A stretch of 64,000 nucleotides of DNA from assembly GCF_009914755.1 (NCBI RefSeq), contig NC_060947.1. One strand, written 5' to 3'. Position numbers and translations under genes: made by a program. Source of the DNA: the human T2T-CHM13v2.0 reference genome, Homo sapiens. Under the pieces are notes generated by a model. That model ran no database searches. It saw only the letters and a list, made by a program, of their open reading frames with translations, and had not been told where the DNA came from. Positions 1 to 11,500 of this stretch are shown here, in pieces; positions within the stretch are counted from its first letter, which is position 1; the number at the start of each line of letters is the position of its first letter.

Positions 1-137
1 GTATCCACTTACAGATTCTACAAAAAGACAGTTTCAAAACTGCTCAATCAAAAGGAGGGTTCAACTGTGTGACTTGAATGCAATCATCACTCAGAACTTT
101 CTGAGAATGCTTCTCTTTAGTTTTTACGTGAACATAT

Positions 138-154
138 ACCCGTTTCGAACGAAG
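138..154 (-). other. CENP-B box, core intact (box 1; repeats every HOR)
   Basis: Plus strand ACCCGTTTCGAACGAAG = minus strand CTTCGTTCGAAACGGGT, which retains the 9 essential bases nTTCGnnnnAnnCGGGn. Intact in all copies I read except the one at 30983-30999. Confidence 0.88.
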
Positions 155-304
155 GCCACCCAGTGGTCCAAATATCCACTTACAGATTCTACAGAAAGAG
201 TGTTTCGAACCTGAACTCTCAAAGGCAGGTTCATCTCTGCGAGTTAAATGCATTCGTCATGAAGAACTTTCTCAGCGTGTTTGTGTTTAGTTATGGGAAA
301 TTAT

Positions 305-321
305 TCCCGTTCCCAACGAAA
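305..321 (-). other. CENP-B box with essential A changed to G (box 2; altered in 28 of 31 copies)
   Basis: Plus strand TCCCGTTCCCAACGAAA = minus strand TTTCGTTGGGAACGGGA. Intact TCCCGTTTCCAACGAAA occurs only at 8533, 53771 and 57885. Confidence 0.85.
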
Positions 322-646
322 TCCTCAGAGAGGTCCAAATGTCCACCTGCAGATTCTACCAAAAGTGTATTTGGAAACTGCTCCATCAACAGGAATGTTC
401 AGCTCTGTGAGTGAAACTCCATCATCACAAAGAATATTCTGAGAATGCTTCCGTTTGCCTTTTATATGAAGTTCCTTCCTATACGACCGTAGGCCTCAAA
501 GCAGTCCAAATCTCCATTTGCAGATTCTACAAAAAGAGTGATTCCAATCTGCTCTATCAATAGGATTGTTCACCTCCATGAGTTGAATGCCATCCTCACA
601 AAGTCGTTTCTGAGAATGCTTCTATCTAGTTTTTATGTGAAGATAT

Positions 647-663
647 TTCCTTTTCCACCACAG
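647..663 (-). other. A-type monomer box (pJalpha-type site in place of a CENP-B box); equivalents at about 476, 1327, 1498 and 1853
   Basis: TTCCTTTTCCACCACAG lies at the position homologous to the CENP-B box, which is the established A-type alpha-satellite signature. Confidence 0.75.
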
Positions 664-817
664 GCCTCAAAGCCCTCCAAACGTCCACTTGCAGATTCTC
701 GAAAAAGAGTGTTTCATAGCTGCTCTTTCAAAAGGAAAGTTCAACTCTGGGAGTTGAATACAAACATCACAAAGTAGTTTCCGAGAATGCTTCTGTTTAG
801 TTCTTATGTGAAGATGA

Positions 818-834
818 TCCCGTTTCCAGTGAAA
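818..834 (-). other. Degenerate CENP-B box (similar degenerate boxes at 989-1005 and 2024-2040, fixed in all HORs)
   Basis: TCCCGTTTCCAGTGAAA (CGAA>TGAA), AGACGTTTCAAACGAAG at 989 (CCCG>GACG) and TCCCGTTTCCAAAGAAA at 2024 (CGAA>AGAA) each lose essential bases. Confidence 0.82.
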
Positions 835-1155
835 TCTCCAAAGAGGTCCACATATCTCCTTGCAGATTCCAAAGAAAGAGGGTTTCAAAACTGCTCCATC
901 AAAAGGATTGTTCAACTCTGTGAGTTGAATGCAGTCATCGCAGAAAACTTTCTGAGAATGCTTCTGTCTAGGTTTGATGTGAAGATATAGACGTTTCAAA
1001 CGAAGGCTACAAAGTGGTCAAAATATACACTTGCAGATTCTACAACAAGGGTGTTGCAAACCTGAACTATCAAAGGAAGGTTCAACTCTGTGGGTTGAAT
1101 ACAAACATCGCAAAGAATGTTCTGAGTTTGCTTCCGTTCAGTTATGGGAGGTTGA

Positions 1156-1172
1156 TCCCGTTTCCAACGAAA
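1156..1172 (-). other. Canonical CENP-B box (box 3; polymorphic among HOR copies)
   Basis: Plus strand TCCCGTTTCCAACGAAA = minus strand TTTCGTTGGAAACGGGA, an exact match to YTTCGTTGGAARCGGGA. Core intact in 16 of 31 copies. Confidence 0.92.
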
Positions 1173-1666
1173 TCCTCAGAGAGGTCCAAATATCCCCTTG
1201 CAGATTCTACAAAACGTGTGTTTGTAAACTGCTCCATCATAACGAATGTTCAGCTCCCTGAGTTAAACTCCATCGTCACAAAGAATTTTCTGAGAGTGCT
1301 ACTGTCTAGTTTTTATATGAAGTTCTTTCCTTTACTACCACAGGCCTCAAAGCGGTCCAAATCTCCACTTGCAGATTCTACAAAAAGAGTGTCTGCAAAC
1401 TGCTCTATCAAAAGGAATGTTCAACTCTGGGAGTTGAATGCAATCATCACAGAGCAGATTCTGAGAATGCTTCTATGTCGTTTTTAGGAGAAGATATTTC
1501 CTTTTCCAACACAGTCCTCCAAGCCCGCTAAATATCCACTTGCACATTGTAGAAAAAGTGTGTCGAAGCTGCACTATCAAAGGGAAAGTTCAACTCTGTG
1601 AGGTGAATGCAAACATCCCAAAGAAGTTTCTGAGAATGCTTCCGTTTAGCTTTTAGGTGAAGATTA

Positions 1667-1683
1667 TCCCGTTTGCAACGAAA
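1667..1683 (-). other. CENP-B box, core intact (box 4; repeats every HOR)
   Basis: TCCCGTTTGCAACGAAA keeps the essential CCCG-nn-T-nnnn-CGAA pattern. The non-essential 9th base varies G/C/A among copies. Confidence 0.88.
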
Positions 1684-1712
1684 TCTTCAAAGAGGTCCAA
1701 ATATCCCCTTGC

Positions 1713-3769
1713 GGATCCCACAGAAAGAGTGTTTCGAAACTGCTGTTTCAAAAGGAATCTTCAACTCTGTGAGTTGAATGCAATCATCACAAAGAAGTTT
1801 CTGACAATGCTTCTCTCTCGTCTTTCTGTGAAGATAAAGGAAAAGGCTTTCAGGCCTTTTCCACCACAGGCCTGAAAGCGCTCCAAATGTCCACTTGCAG
1901 ATTCTGCCAAAAGAATATTTCAAAACTGCTCTATGAAAAGCAATGTTAAACTCTGCGGCTCAAACACAAACATCACAAAGCAGTTTCTGAGAATGCTTCA
2001 GTTTAGTTTTTCTGTGGAAATATTCCCGTTTCCAAAGAAATCTTCAAAGAGGTCCACGTATCCACTTACAGATTCTACAAAAAGACAGTTTCAAAACTGC
2101 TCAATCAAAAGGAGGGTTCAACTGTGTGACTTGAATGCAATCATCACTCAGAACTTTCTGAGAATGCTTCTCTTTAGTTTTTACGTGAACATATACCCGT
2201 TTCGAACGAAGGCCACCCAGTGGTCCAAATATCCACTTACAGATTCTACAGAAAGAGTGTTTCGAACCTGAACTCTCAAAGGCAGGTTCATCTCTGCGAG
2301 TTAAATGCATTCGTCATGAAGAACTTTCTCAGCGTGTTTGTGTTTAGTTATGGGAAATTATTCCCGTTCCCAACGAAATCCTCAGAGAGGTCCAAATGTC
2401 CACCTGCAGATTCTACCAAAAGTGTATTTGGAAACTGCTCCATCAACAGGCATGTTCAGCTCTGTGAGTGAAACTCCATCATCACAAAGAATATTCTGAG
2501 AATGCTTCCATTTGCCTTTTATATGAAGTTCCTTCCTATACGACCGTAGGCCTCAAAACAGTCCAAATCTCCATTTGCAGATTCTACAAAAAGAGTGATT
2601 CCAATCTGCTCTATCAATAGGATTGTTCAACTCCATGAGTTGAATGCCACCCACACAAAGTCGTTTCTGAGAATGCTTCTAACTAGTTTTTATGTGAAGA
2701 TATTTCCTTTTCCACCACAGGCCTCAAAGCCCTCCAAACGTCCACTTGCAGATTCTCGAAAAAGAGTGTTTCATAGCTGCTCTTTCAAAAGGAAAGTTCA
2801 ACTCTGGGAGTTGAATACAAACATCACAAAGTAGTTTCCGAGAATGCTTCTGTTTAGTTTTTATGTGAAGATGATCCCGTTTCCAGTGAAATCTTCAAAG
2901 AGGTCGACATATCCCCTTGCAGATTCCAAAGAAAGAGGGTTTCAAAACTGCTCCATCAAAAGGATTGTTCAACTCTGTGAGTTGAATGCAGTCATCGCAG
3001 AAAACTTTCTGAGAATGCTTCTGTCTAGGTTTGATGTGAAGATATAGACGTTTCAAACGAAGGCTACAAAGTGGTCAAAATATACACTTGCAGATTCTAC
3101 TACAAGGGTGTTGCAAACCTGAACTATCAAAGGAAGGTTCAACTCTGTGAGTTGAATACAAACATCGCAAAGAATGTTCTGAGTTTGCTTCCGTTCAGTT
3201 ATGGGAAGTTGATCCCGTTCCCAACGAAATCCTCAGAGAGGTCCAAATATCCCCTTGCAGATTCTACAAAACGTGTGTTTGGAAACTGCTCCATCATAAC
3301 GAATGTTCAGCTCTCTGAGTTAAACTCCATCGTCACAAAGAATTTTCTGAGAGTGCTACCGTCTATGTTTTATATGAAGTTCTTTCCTTTACTACAACAG
3401 GCCTCAAAGCGGTCCAAATCTCCACTTGCAGATCCTACAAAAAGAGTGTCTGCAAACTGCTCTATCAAAAGGATTGTTCAACTCTGGGAGTTGAATGCAA
3501 TCATCACAGAGCAGTTTCTGAGAATGCTTTTATGTCGTTTTTAGGAGAAGATATTTCCTTTTCCAACACAGTCCTCCAAGCCCGCTAATTATCCACTTGC
3601 ACATTGTAGAAAAAGTGTAACGAAGCTGCGCTATCAAAGGGAAAGTTCAACTCTGTGAGGTGAATGCAAACATCCCAAAGAAGTTTCTGAGAATGCTTCC
3701 GTTTAGCTTTTAGGTGAAGATTATCCCGTTTGCAACGAAATCTTCAAAGAGGTCCAAATATCCCCTTGC
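1713..3769 (-). repeat. Representative single HOR unit (BamHI to BamHI, 2057 bp, 12 monomers)
   Basis: GGATCC at 1713 and at 3770. Box-equivalent positions in the first period are 138, 305, 476, 647, 818, 989, 1156, 1327, 1498, 1667, 1853, 2024, 2195. Spacings are 167,171,171,171,171,167,171,171,169,186,171,171, summing to 2057. Confidence 0.95.
1839..1879. repeat. Two overlapping inverted repeats in the 186-bp monomer (present once per HOR)
   Basis: GGAAAAGGC (1839-1847) pairs with GCCTTTTCC (1854-1862), 6-nt loop. GCTTTCAGGCCT (1846-1857) pairs with AGGCCTGAAAGC (1868-1879), 10-nt loop. Confidence 0.92.
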
Positions 3770-6700
3770 GGATCCCACAGAAAGAGTGTTTCGAAACTGC
3801 TGTTTCAAAAGGAATCTTCAACTCTGTGAGTTGAATGCAATCATCACAAAGAAGTTTCTGACAATGCTTCTCTCTCGTCTTTCTGTGAAGATAAAGGAAA
3901 AGGCTTTCAGGCCTTTTCCACCACAGGCCTGAAAGTGCTCCAAATGTCCACTTGCAGATTCTGCCAAAAGAATATTTCAAAACTGCTCTATGAAAAGCAA
4001 TGTTAAACTCTGCGGCTCGAACACAAACATCACAAAGCAGTTTCTGAGAATGCTTCAGTTTAGTTTTTCTGTGGAAATATTCCCGTTTCCAAAGAAATCT
4101 TCAAAGAGGTCCACGTATCCACTTACAGATTCTACAAAAAGACAGTTTCAAAACTGCTCAATCAAAAGGAGGGTTCAACTGTGTGACTTGAATGCAATCA
4201 TCACTCAGAAGTTTCTGAGAATGCTTCTCTTTAGTTTTTACGTGAACATATACCCGTTTCGAACGAAGGCCACCCAGTGGTCCAAATATCCACTTGCAGA
4301 TTCTACAGAAAGAGTGTTTCGAACCTGAACTCTCAAAGGCAGGTTCATCTCTGCGAGTTAAATGCATTCGTCATGAAGAACTTTCTCAGCGTGTTTGTGT
4401 TTAGTTATGGGAAATTATTCCCGTTCCCAACGAAATCCTCAGAGAGGTCCAAATGTCCACCTGCAGATTCTACCAAAAGTGTATTTGGAAACTGCTCCAT
4501 CAACAGGAATGTTCAGCTCTGTGAGTGAAACTCCATCATCACAAAGAATATTCTGAGAATGCTTCCGTTTGCCTTTTATATGAAGTTCCTTCCTATACGA
4601 CCGTAGGCCTCAAAGCAGTCCAAATCTCCATTTGCAGATTCTACAAAAAGAGTGATTCCAATCTGCTGTATCAATAGGATTCTTCAACTCCATGAGTTGA
4701 ATGCCATCCTCACAAAGTCGTTTCTGAGAATGCTTCTATCTAGTTTTTATGTGAAGATATTTCCTTTTCCACCACAGGCCTCAAAGCCCTCCAAACGTCC
4801 ACTTGCAGATTCTCGAAAAAGAGTGTTTCATAGCTGCTCTTTCAAAAGGAAAGTTCAACTCTGGGAGTTGAATACAAGCATCACAAAGTAGTTTCAGAGA
4901 ATGCTTCTGTTTAGTTCTTATGTGAAGATGATCCCGTTTCCAGTGAAATCTCCAAAGAGGTCCACATATCCCCTTGCAGATTCCAAAGAAAGAGGGTTTC
5001 AAAACTGCTCCATCAAAAGGATTGTTCAACTCTGTGAGTTGAATGCAGTCATCGCAGAAAACTTTCTGAGAATGCTTCTGTCTAGGTTTGATGTGAAGAT
5101 ATAGACGTTTCAAACGAAGGCTACAAAGTGGTCAAAATATACACTTGCAGATTCTACAACAAGGGTGTTGCAAACCTGAACTATCAAAGGAAGGTTCAAC
5201 TCTGTGGGTTGAATACAAACATCGCAAAGAATGTTCTGAGTTTGCTTCCGTTCAGTTATGGGAGGTTGATCCCGTTTCCAACGAAATCCTCAGAGAGGTC
5301 CAAATATCCCCTTGCAGATTCTACAAAACGTGTGTTTGGAAACTGCTCCATCATAACGAATGTTCAGCTCCCTGAGTTAAACTCCATCGTCACAAAGAAT
5401 TTTCTGAGAGTGCTACCGTCTAGTTTTTATATGAAGTTCTTTCCTTTACTACCACAGGCCTCAAAGCGGTCCAAATCTCCACTTGCAGATTCTACAAAAA
5501 GAGTGTCTGCAAACTGCTCTATCAAAAGGAATGTTCAACTCTGGGAGTTGAATGCAATCATCACAGAGCAGTTTCTGAGAAGGCTTCTATGTCGTTTTTA
5601 GGAAAAGATATTTCCTTTTCCAACACAGTCCTCCAAGCCCGCTAAATATCCACTTGCACATTGTAGAAAAAGTGTGTCAAAGCTGCGCTATCAAAGGGAA
5701 AGTTCAACTCTGTCAGGTGAATGCAAACATCCCAAAGAAGTTTCTGAGAATGCTTCCGTTTAGCTTTTAGGTGAAGATTATCCCGTTTCCAACGAAACCT
5801 TCAAAGAGGTCCAAATATCCCCTTGCGGATCCCACAGACAGAGTGTTTCGAAACTGCTGTTTCAAAAGGAATCTTCAACTCTGTGAGTTGAATGCAATCA
5901 TCACAAAGAAGTTTCTGACAATGCTTCTCTCTCGTCTTTCTGTGAAGATAAAGGAAAAGGCTTTCAGGCCTTTTCCACCACAGGCCTGAAAGCGCTCCAA
6001 ATGTCCACTTGCAGATTCTGCCAAAAGAATATTTCAAAACTGCTCTATGAAAAGCAATGTTAAACTCTGCGGCTCGAACACAAACATCACAAAGCAGTTT
6101 CTGAGAATGCTTCAGTTTAGTTTTTCTGTGGAAATATTCCCGTTTCCAAAGAAATCTTCAAAGAGGTCCACGTATCCACTTACAGATTCTACAAAAAGAC
6201 AGTTTCAAAACTGCTCAATCAAAAGGAGGGTTCAACTGTGTGACTTGAATGCAATCATCACTCAGAAGTTTCTGAGAATGCTTCTCTTTAGTTTTTACGT
6301 GAACATATACCCGTTTCGAACGAAGGCCACCCAGTGGTCCAAATATCCACTTGCAGATTCTACAGAAAGAGTGTTTCGAACCTGAACTCTCAAAGGCAGG
6401 TTCATCTCTGCGAGTTAAATGCATTCGTCATGAAGAACTTTCTCAGCGTGTTTGTGTTTAGTTATGGGAAATTATTCCCGTTCCCAACGAAATCCTCAGA
6501 GAGGTCCAAATGTCCACCTGCAGATTCTACCAAAAGTGTATTTGGAAACTGCTCCATCAACAGGAATGTTCAGCTCTGTGAGTGAAACTCCATCATCACA
6601 AAGAATATTCTGAGAATGCTTCCGTTTGCCTTTTATATGAAGTTCCTTCCTATACGACCGTAGGCCTCAAAGCAGTCCAAATCTCCATTTGCAGATTCTA

Positions 6701-8540
6701 CAAAAAGAGTGATTCCAATCTGCTGTATCAATAGGATTCTTCAACTCCATGAGTTGAATGCCATCCTCACAAAGTCGTTTCTGAGAATGCTTCTATCTAG
6801 TTTTTATGTGAAGATATTTCCTTTTCCACCACAGGCCTCAAAGCCCTCCAAACGTCCACTTGCAGATTCTCGAAAAAGAGTGTTTCATAGCTGCTCTTTC
6901 AAAAGGAAAGTTCAACTCTGGGAGTTGAATACAAACATCACAAAGTAGTTTCCGAGAATGCTTCTGTTTAGTTCTTATGTGAAGATGATCCCGTTTCCAG
7001 TGAAATCTCCAAAGAGGTCCACATATCCCCTTGCAGATTCCAAAGAAAGAGGGTTTCAAAACTGCTCCATCAAAAGGATTGTTCAACTCTGTGAGTTGAA
7101 TGCAGTCATCGCAGAAAACTTTCTGAGAATGCTTCTGTCTAGGTTTGATGTGAAGATATAGACGTTTCAAACGAAGGCTACAAAGTGGTCAAAATATACA
7201 CTTGCAGATTCTACTACAAGGGTGTTGCAAACCTGAACTATCAAAGGAAGGTTCAACTCTGTGAGTTGAATACAAACATCGCAAAGAATGCTCTGAGTTT
7301 GCTTCCGTTCAGTTATGGGAAGTTGATCCCGTTCCCAACGAAATCCTCAGAGAGGTCCAAATATCCCCTTGCAGATTCTACAAAACGTGTGTTTGGAAAC
7401 TGCTCCATCATAACGAATGTTCAGCTCTCTGAGTTAAACTCCATCGTCACAAAGAATTTTCTGAGAGTGCTACCGTCTAGTTTTTATATGAAGTTCTTTC
7501 CTTTACTACCACAGGCCTCAAAGCGGTCCAAATCTCCACTTGCAGATTCTACAAAAAGAGTGTCTGCAAACTGCTCTATCAAAAGGAATGTTCAACTCTG
7601 GGAGTTGAATGCAATCATCACAGAGCAGTTTCTGAGAATGCTTCTATGTCGTTTTTAGGAGAAGATATTTCCTTTTCCAACACAGTCCTCCAAGCCCGCT
7701 AAATATCCACTTGCACATTTTAGAAAAAGTGTGTCGAAGCTGCGCTATCAAAGGGAAAGTTCAACTCTGTGAGGTGAATGCAAACATCCCAAAGAAGTTT
7801 CTGAGAATGCTTCCGTTTAGCTTTTAGGTGAAGATTATCCCGTTTGCAACGAAATCTTCAAAGAGGTCCAAATATCCCCTTGCGGATCCCACAGAAAGAG
7901 TGTTTCGAAACTGCTGTTTCAAAAGGAATCTTCAACTCTGTGAGTTGAATGCAATCATCACAAAGAAGTTTCTGACAATGCTTCTCTCTCGTCTTTCTGT
8001 GAAGATAAAGGAAAAGGCTTTCAGGCCTTTTCCACCACAGGCCTGAAAGCGCTCCAAATGTCCACTTGCAGATTCTGCCAAAAGAATATTTCAAAACTGC
8101 TCTATGAAAAGCAATGTTAAACTCTGTGGCTCCAACACAAACATCACAAAGCAGTTTCTGAGAATGCTTCAGTTTAGTTTTTCTGTGGAAATATTCCCGT
8201 TTCCAAAGAAATCTTCAAAGAGGTCCACGTATCCACTTACAGATTCTACAAAAAGACAGTTTCAAAACTGCTCAATCAAAAGGAGGGTTCAACTGTGTGA
8301 CTTGAATGCAATCATCACTCAGAACTTTCTGAGAATGCTTCTCTTTAGTTTTTACGTGAACATATACCCGTTTCGAACGAAGGCCACCCAGTGGTCCAAA
8401 TATCCACTTACAGATTCTACAGAAAGAGTGTTTCGAACCTGAACTCTCAAAGGCAGGTTCATCTCTGCGAGTTAAATGCATTCGTCATGAAGAACTTTCT
8501 CAGCGTGTTTGTGTTTAGTTATGGGAAATTATTCCCGTTT

Positions 8541-11500
8541 CCAACGAAATCCTCAGAGAGGTCCAAATGTCCACCTGCAGATTCTACCAAAAGTGTATTT
8601 GGAAACTGCTCCATCAACAGGCATGTTCAGCTCTGTGAGTGAAACTCCATCATCACAAAGAATATTCTGAGAATGCTTCCGTTTGCCTTTTATATGAAGT
8701 TCCTTCCTATACGACCGTAGGCCTCAAAGCAGTCCAAATCTCCATTTGCAGATTCTACAAAAAGAGTGATTCCAATCTGCTCTATCAATAGGATTGTTCA
8801 CCTCCATGAGTTGAATGCCATCCTCACAAAGTCGTTTCTGAGAATGCTTCTATCTAGTTTTTATGTGAAGATATTTCCTTTTCCACCACAGGCCTCAAAG
8901 CCCTCCAAACGTCCACTTGCAGATTCTCGAAAAAGAGTGTTTCATAGCTGCTCTTTCAAAAGGAAAGTTCAACTCTGGGAGTTGAATACAAACATCACAA
9001 AGTAGTTTCCGAGAATGCTTCTGTTTAGTTCTTATGTGAAGATGATCCCGTTTCCAGTGAAATCTCCAAAGAGGTCCACATATCCCCTTGCAGATTCCAA
9101 AGAAAGAGGGTTTCAAAACTGCTCCATCAAAAGGATTGTTCAACTCTGTGAGTTGAATGCAGTCATCGCAGAAAACTTTCTGAGAATGCTTCTGTCTAGG
9201 TTTGATGTGAAGATATAGACGTTTCAAACGAAGGCTACAAAGTGGTCAAAATATACACTTGCAGATTCTACAACAAGGGTGTTGCAAACCTGAACTATCA
9301 AAGGAAGGTTCAACTCTGTGGGTTGAATACAAACATCGCAAAGAATGTTCTGAGTTTGCTTCCGTTCAGTTATGGGAGGTTGATCCCGTTTCCAACGAAA
9401 TCCTCAGAGAGGTCCAAATATCCCCTTGCAGATTCTACAAAACGTGTGTTTGGAAACTGCTCCATCATAACGAATGTTCAGCTCCCTGAGTTAAACTCCA
9501 TCGTCACAAAGAATTTTCTGAGAGTGCTACCGTCTAGTTTTTATATGAAGTTCTTTCCTTTACTACCACAGGCCTCAAAGCGGTCCAAATCTCCACTTGC
9601 AGATTCTACAAAAAGAGTGTCTGCAAACTGCTCTATCAAAAGGAATGTTCAACTCTGGGAGTTGAATGCAATCATCACAGAGCAGATTCTGAGAATGCTT
9701 CTATGTCGTTTTTAGGAGAAGATATTTCCTTTTCCAACACAGTCCTCCAAGCCCGCTAAATATCCACTTGCACATTGTAGAAAAAGTGTGTCGAAGCTGC
9801 GCTATCAAAGGGAAAGTTCAACTCTGTGAGGTGAATGCAAACATCCCAAAGAAGTTTCTGAGAATGCTTCCGTTTAGCTTTTAGGTGAAGATTATCCCGT
9901 TTACAACGAAATCTTCAAAGAGGTCCAAATATCCCCTTGCGGATCCCACAGAAAGAGTGTTTCGAAACTGCTGTTTCAAAAGGAATCTTCAACTCTGTGA
10001 GTTGAATGCAATCATCACAAAGAAGTTTCTGACAATGCTTCTCTCTCGTCTTTCTGTGAAGATAAAGGAAAAGGCTTTCAGGCCTTTTCCACCACAGGCC
10101 TGAAAGCGCTCCAAATGTCCACTTGCAGATTCTGCCAAAAGAATATTTCAAAACTGCTCTATGAAAAGCAATGTTAAACTCTGCGGCTCGAACACAAACA
10201 TCACAAAGCAGTTTCTGAGAATGCTTCAGTTTAGTTTTTCTGTGGAAATATTCCCGTTTCCAAAGAAATCTTCAAAGAGGTCCACGTATCCACTTACAGA
10301 TTCTACAAAAAGACAGTTTCAAAACTGCTCAATCAAAAGGAGGGTTCAACTGTGTGACTTGAATGCAATCATCACTCAGAAGTTTCTGAGAATGCTTCTC
10401 TTAATTTTTACGTGAACATATACCCGTTTCGAACGAAGGCCACCCAGTGGTCCAAATATCCACTTGCAGATTCTACAGAAAGAGTGTTTCGAACCTGAAC
10501 TCTCAAAGGCAGGGTCATCTCTGCGAGTTAAATGCATTCGTCATGAAGAACTTTCTCAGCGTGTTTGTGTTTAGTTATGGGAAATTATTCCCGTTCCCAA
10601 CGAAATCCTCAGAGAGGTCCAAATGTCCACCTGCAGATTCTACCAAAAGTGTATTTGGAAACTGCTCCATCAACAGGCATGTTCAGCTCTGTGAGTGAAA
10701 CTCCATCATCACAAAGAATATTCTGAGAATGCTTCCGTTTGCCTTTTATATGAAGTTCCTTCCTATACGACCGTAGGCCTCAAAGCAGTCCAAATCTCCA
10801 TTTGCAGATTCTACAAAAAGAGTGATTCCAATCTGCTCTATCAATAGGATTGTTCAACTCCATGAGTTGAATGCCATCCTCACAAAGTCGTTTCTGAGAA
10901 TGCTTCTATCTAGTTTTTATGTGAAGATATTTCCTTTTCCACCACAGGCCTCAAAGCCCTCCAAACGTCCACTTGCAGATTCTCGAAAAAGAGTGTTTCA
11001 TAGCTGCTCTTTCAAAAGGAAAGTTCAACTCTGGGAGTTGAATACAAGCATCACAAAGTAGTTTCAGAGAATGCTTCTGTTTAGTTCTTATGTGAAGATG
11101 ATCCCGTTTCCAGTGAAATCTCCAAAGAGGTCCACATATCCCCTTGCAGATTCCAAAGAAAGAGGGTTTCAAAACTGCTCCATCAAAAGGATTGTTCAAC
11201 TCTGTGAGTTGAATGCAGTCATCGCAGAAAACTTTCTGAGAATGCTTCTGTCTAGGTTTGATGTGAAGATATAGACGTTTCAAACGAAGGCTACAAAGTG
11301 GTCAAAATATACACTTGCAGATTCTACAACAAGGGTGTTGCAAACCTGAACTATCAAAGGAAGGTTCAACTCTGTGGGTTGAATACAAACATCGCAACGA
11401 ATGTTCTGAGTTTGCTTCCGTTCAGTTATGGGAGGTTGATCCCGTTTCCAACGAAATCCTCAGAGAGGTCCAAATATCCCCTTGCAGATTCTACAAAACG

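Larger units (their letters stand above)
138..1155 (-). repeat. Pentameric (SF3-type) substructure inside the HOR: monomers 851 bp (5 monomers) apart are paralogous
   Basis: The monomers at 138 and 989 share cgtttc.aacgaaggc...agtggtc and aacctgaact.tcaaagg.aggttca. Those at 305 and 1156 share agttatggga..tt..tcccgtt.ccaacgaaatcctcagagaggtcc and tttggaaactgctccatca. Both pairs show the 167-bp spacing. Box types run B B A A B B B A A B A B. Confidence 0.88.

Noticed and set aside
142-210. Repeated gtttcgaac / TTCGAA palindromes as regulatory sites
   Set aside because: These are 6-bp palindromes expected by chance and arise from single substitutions in the monomer consensus. There is no independent support.
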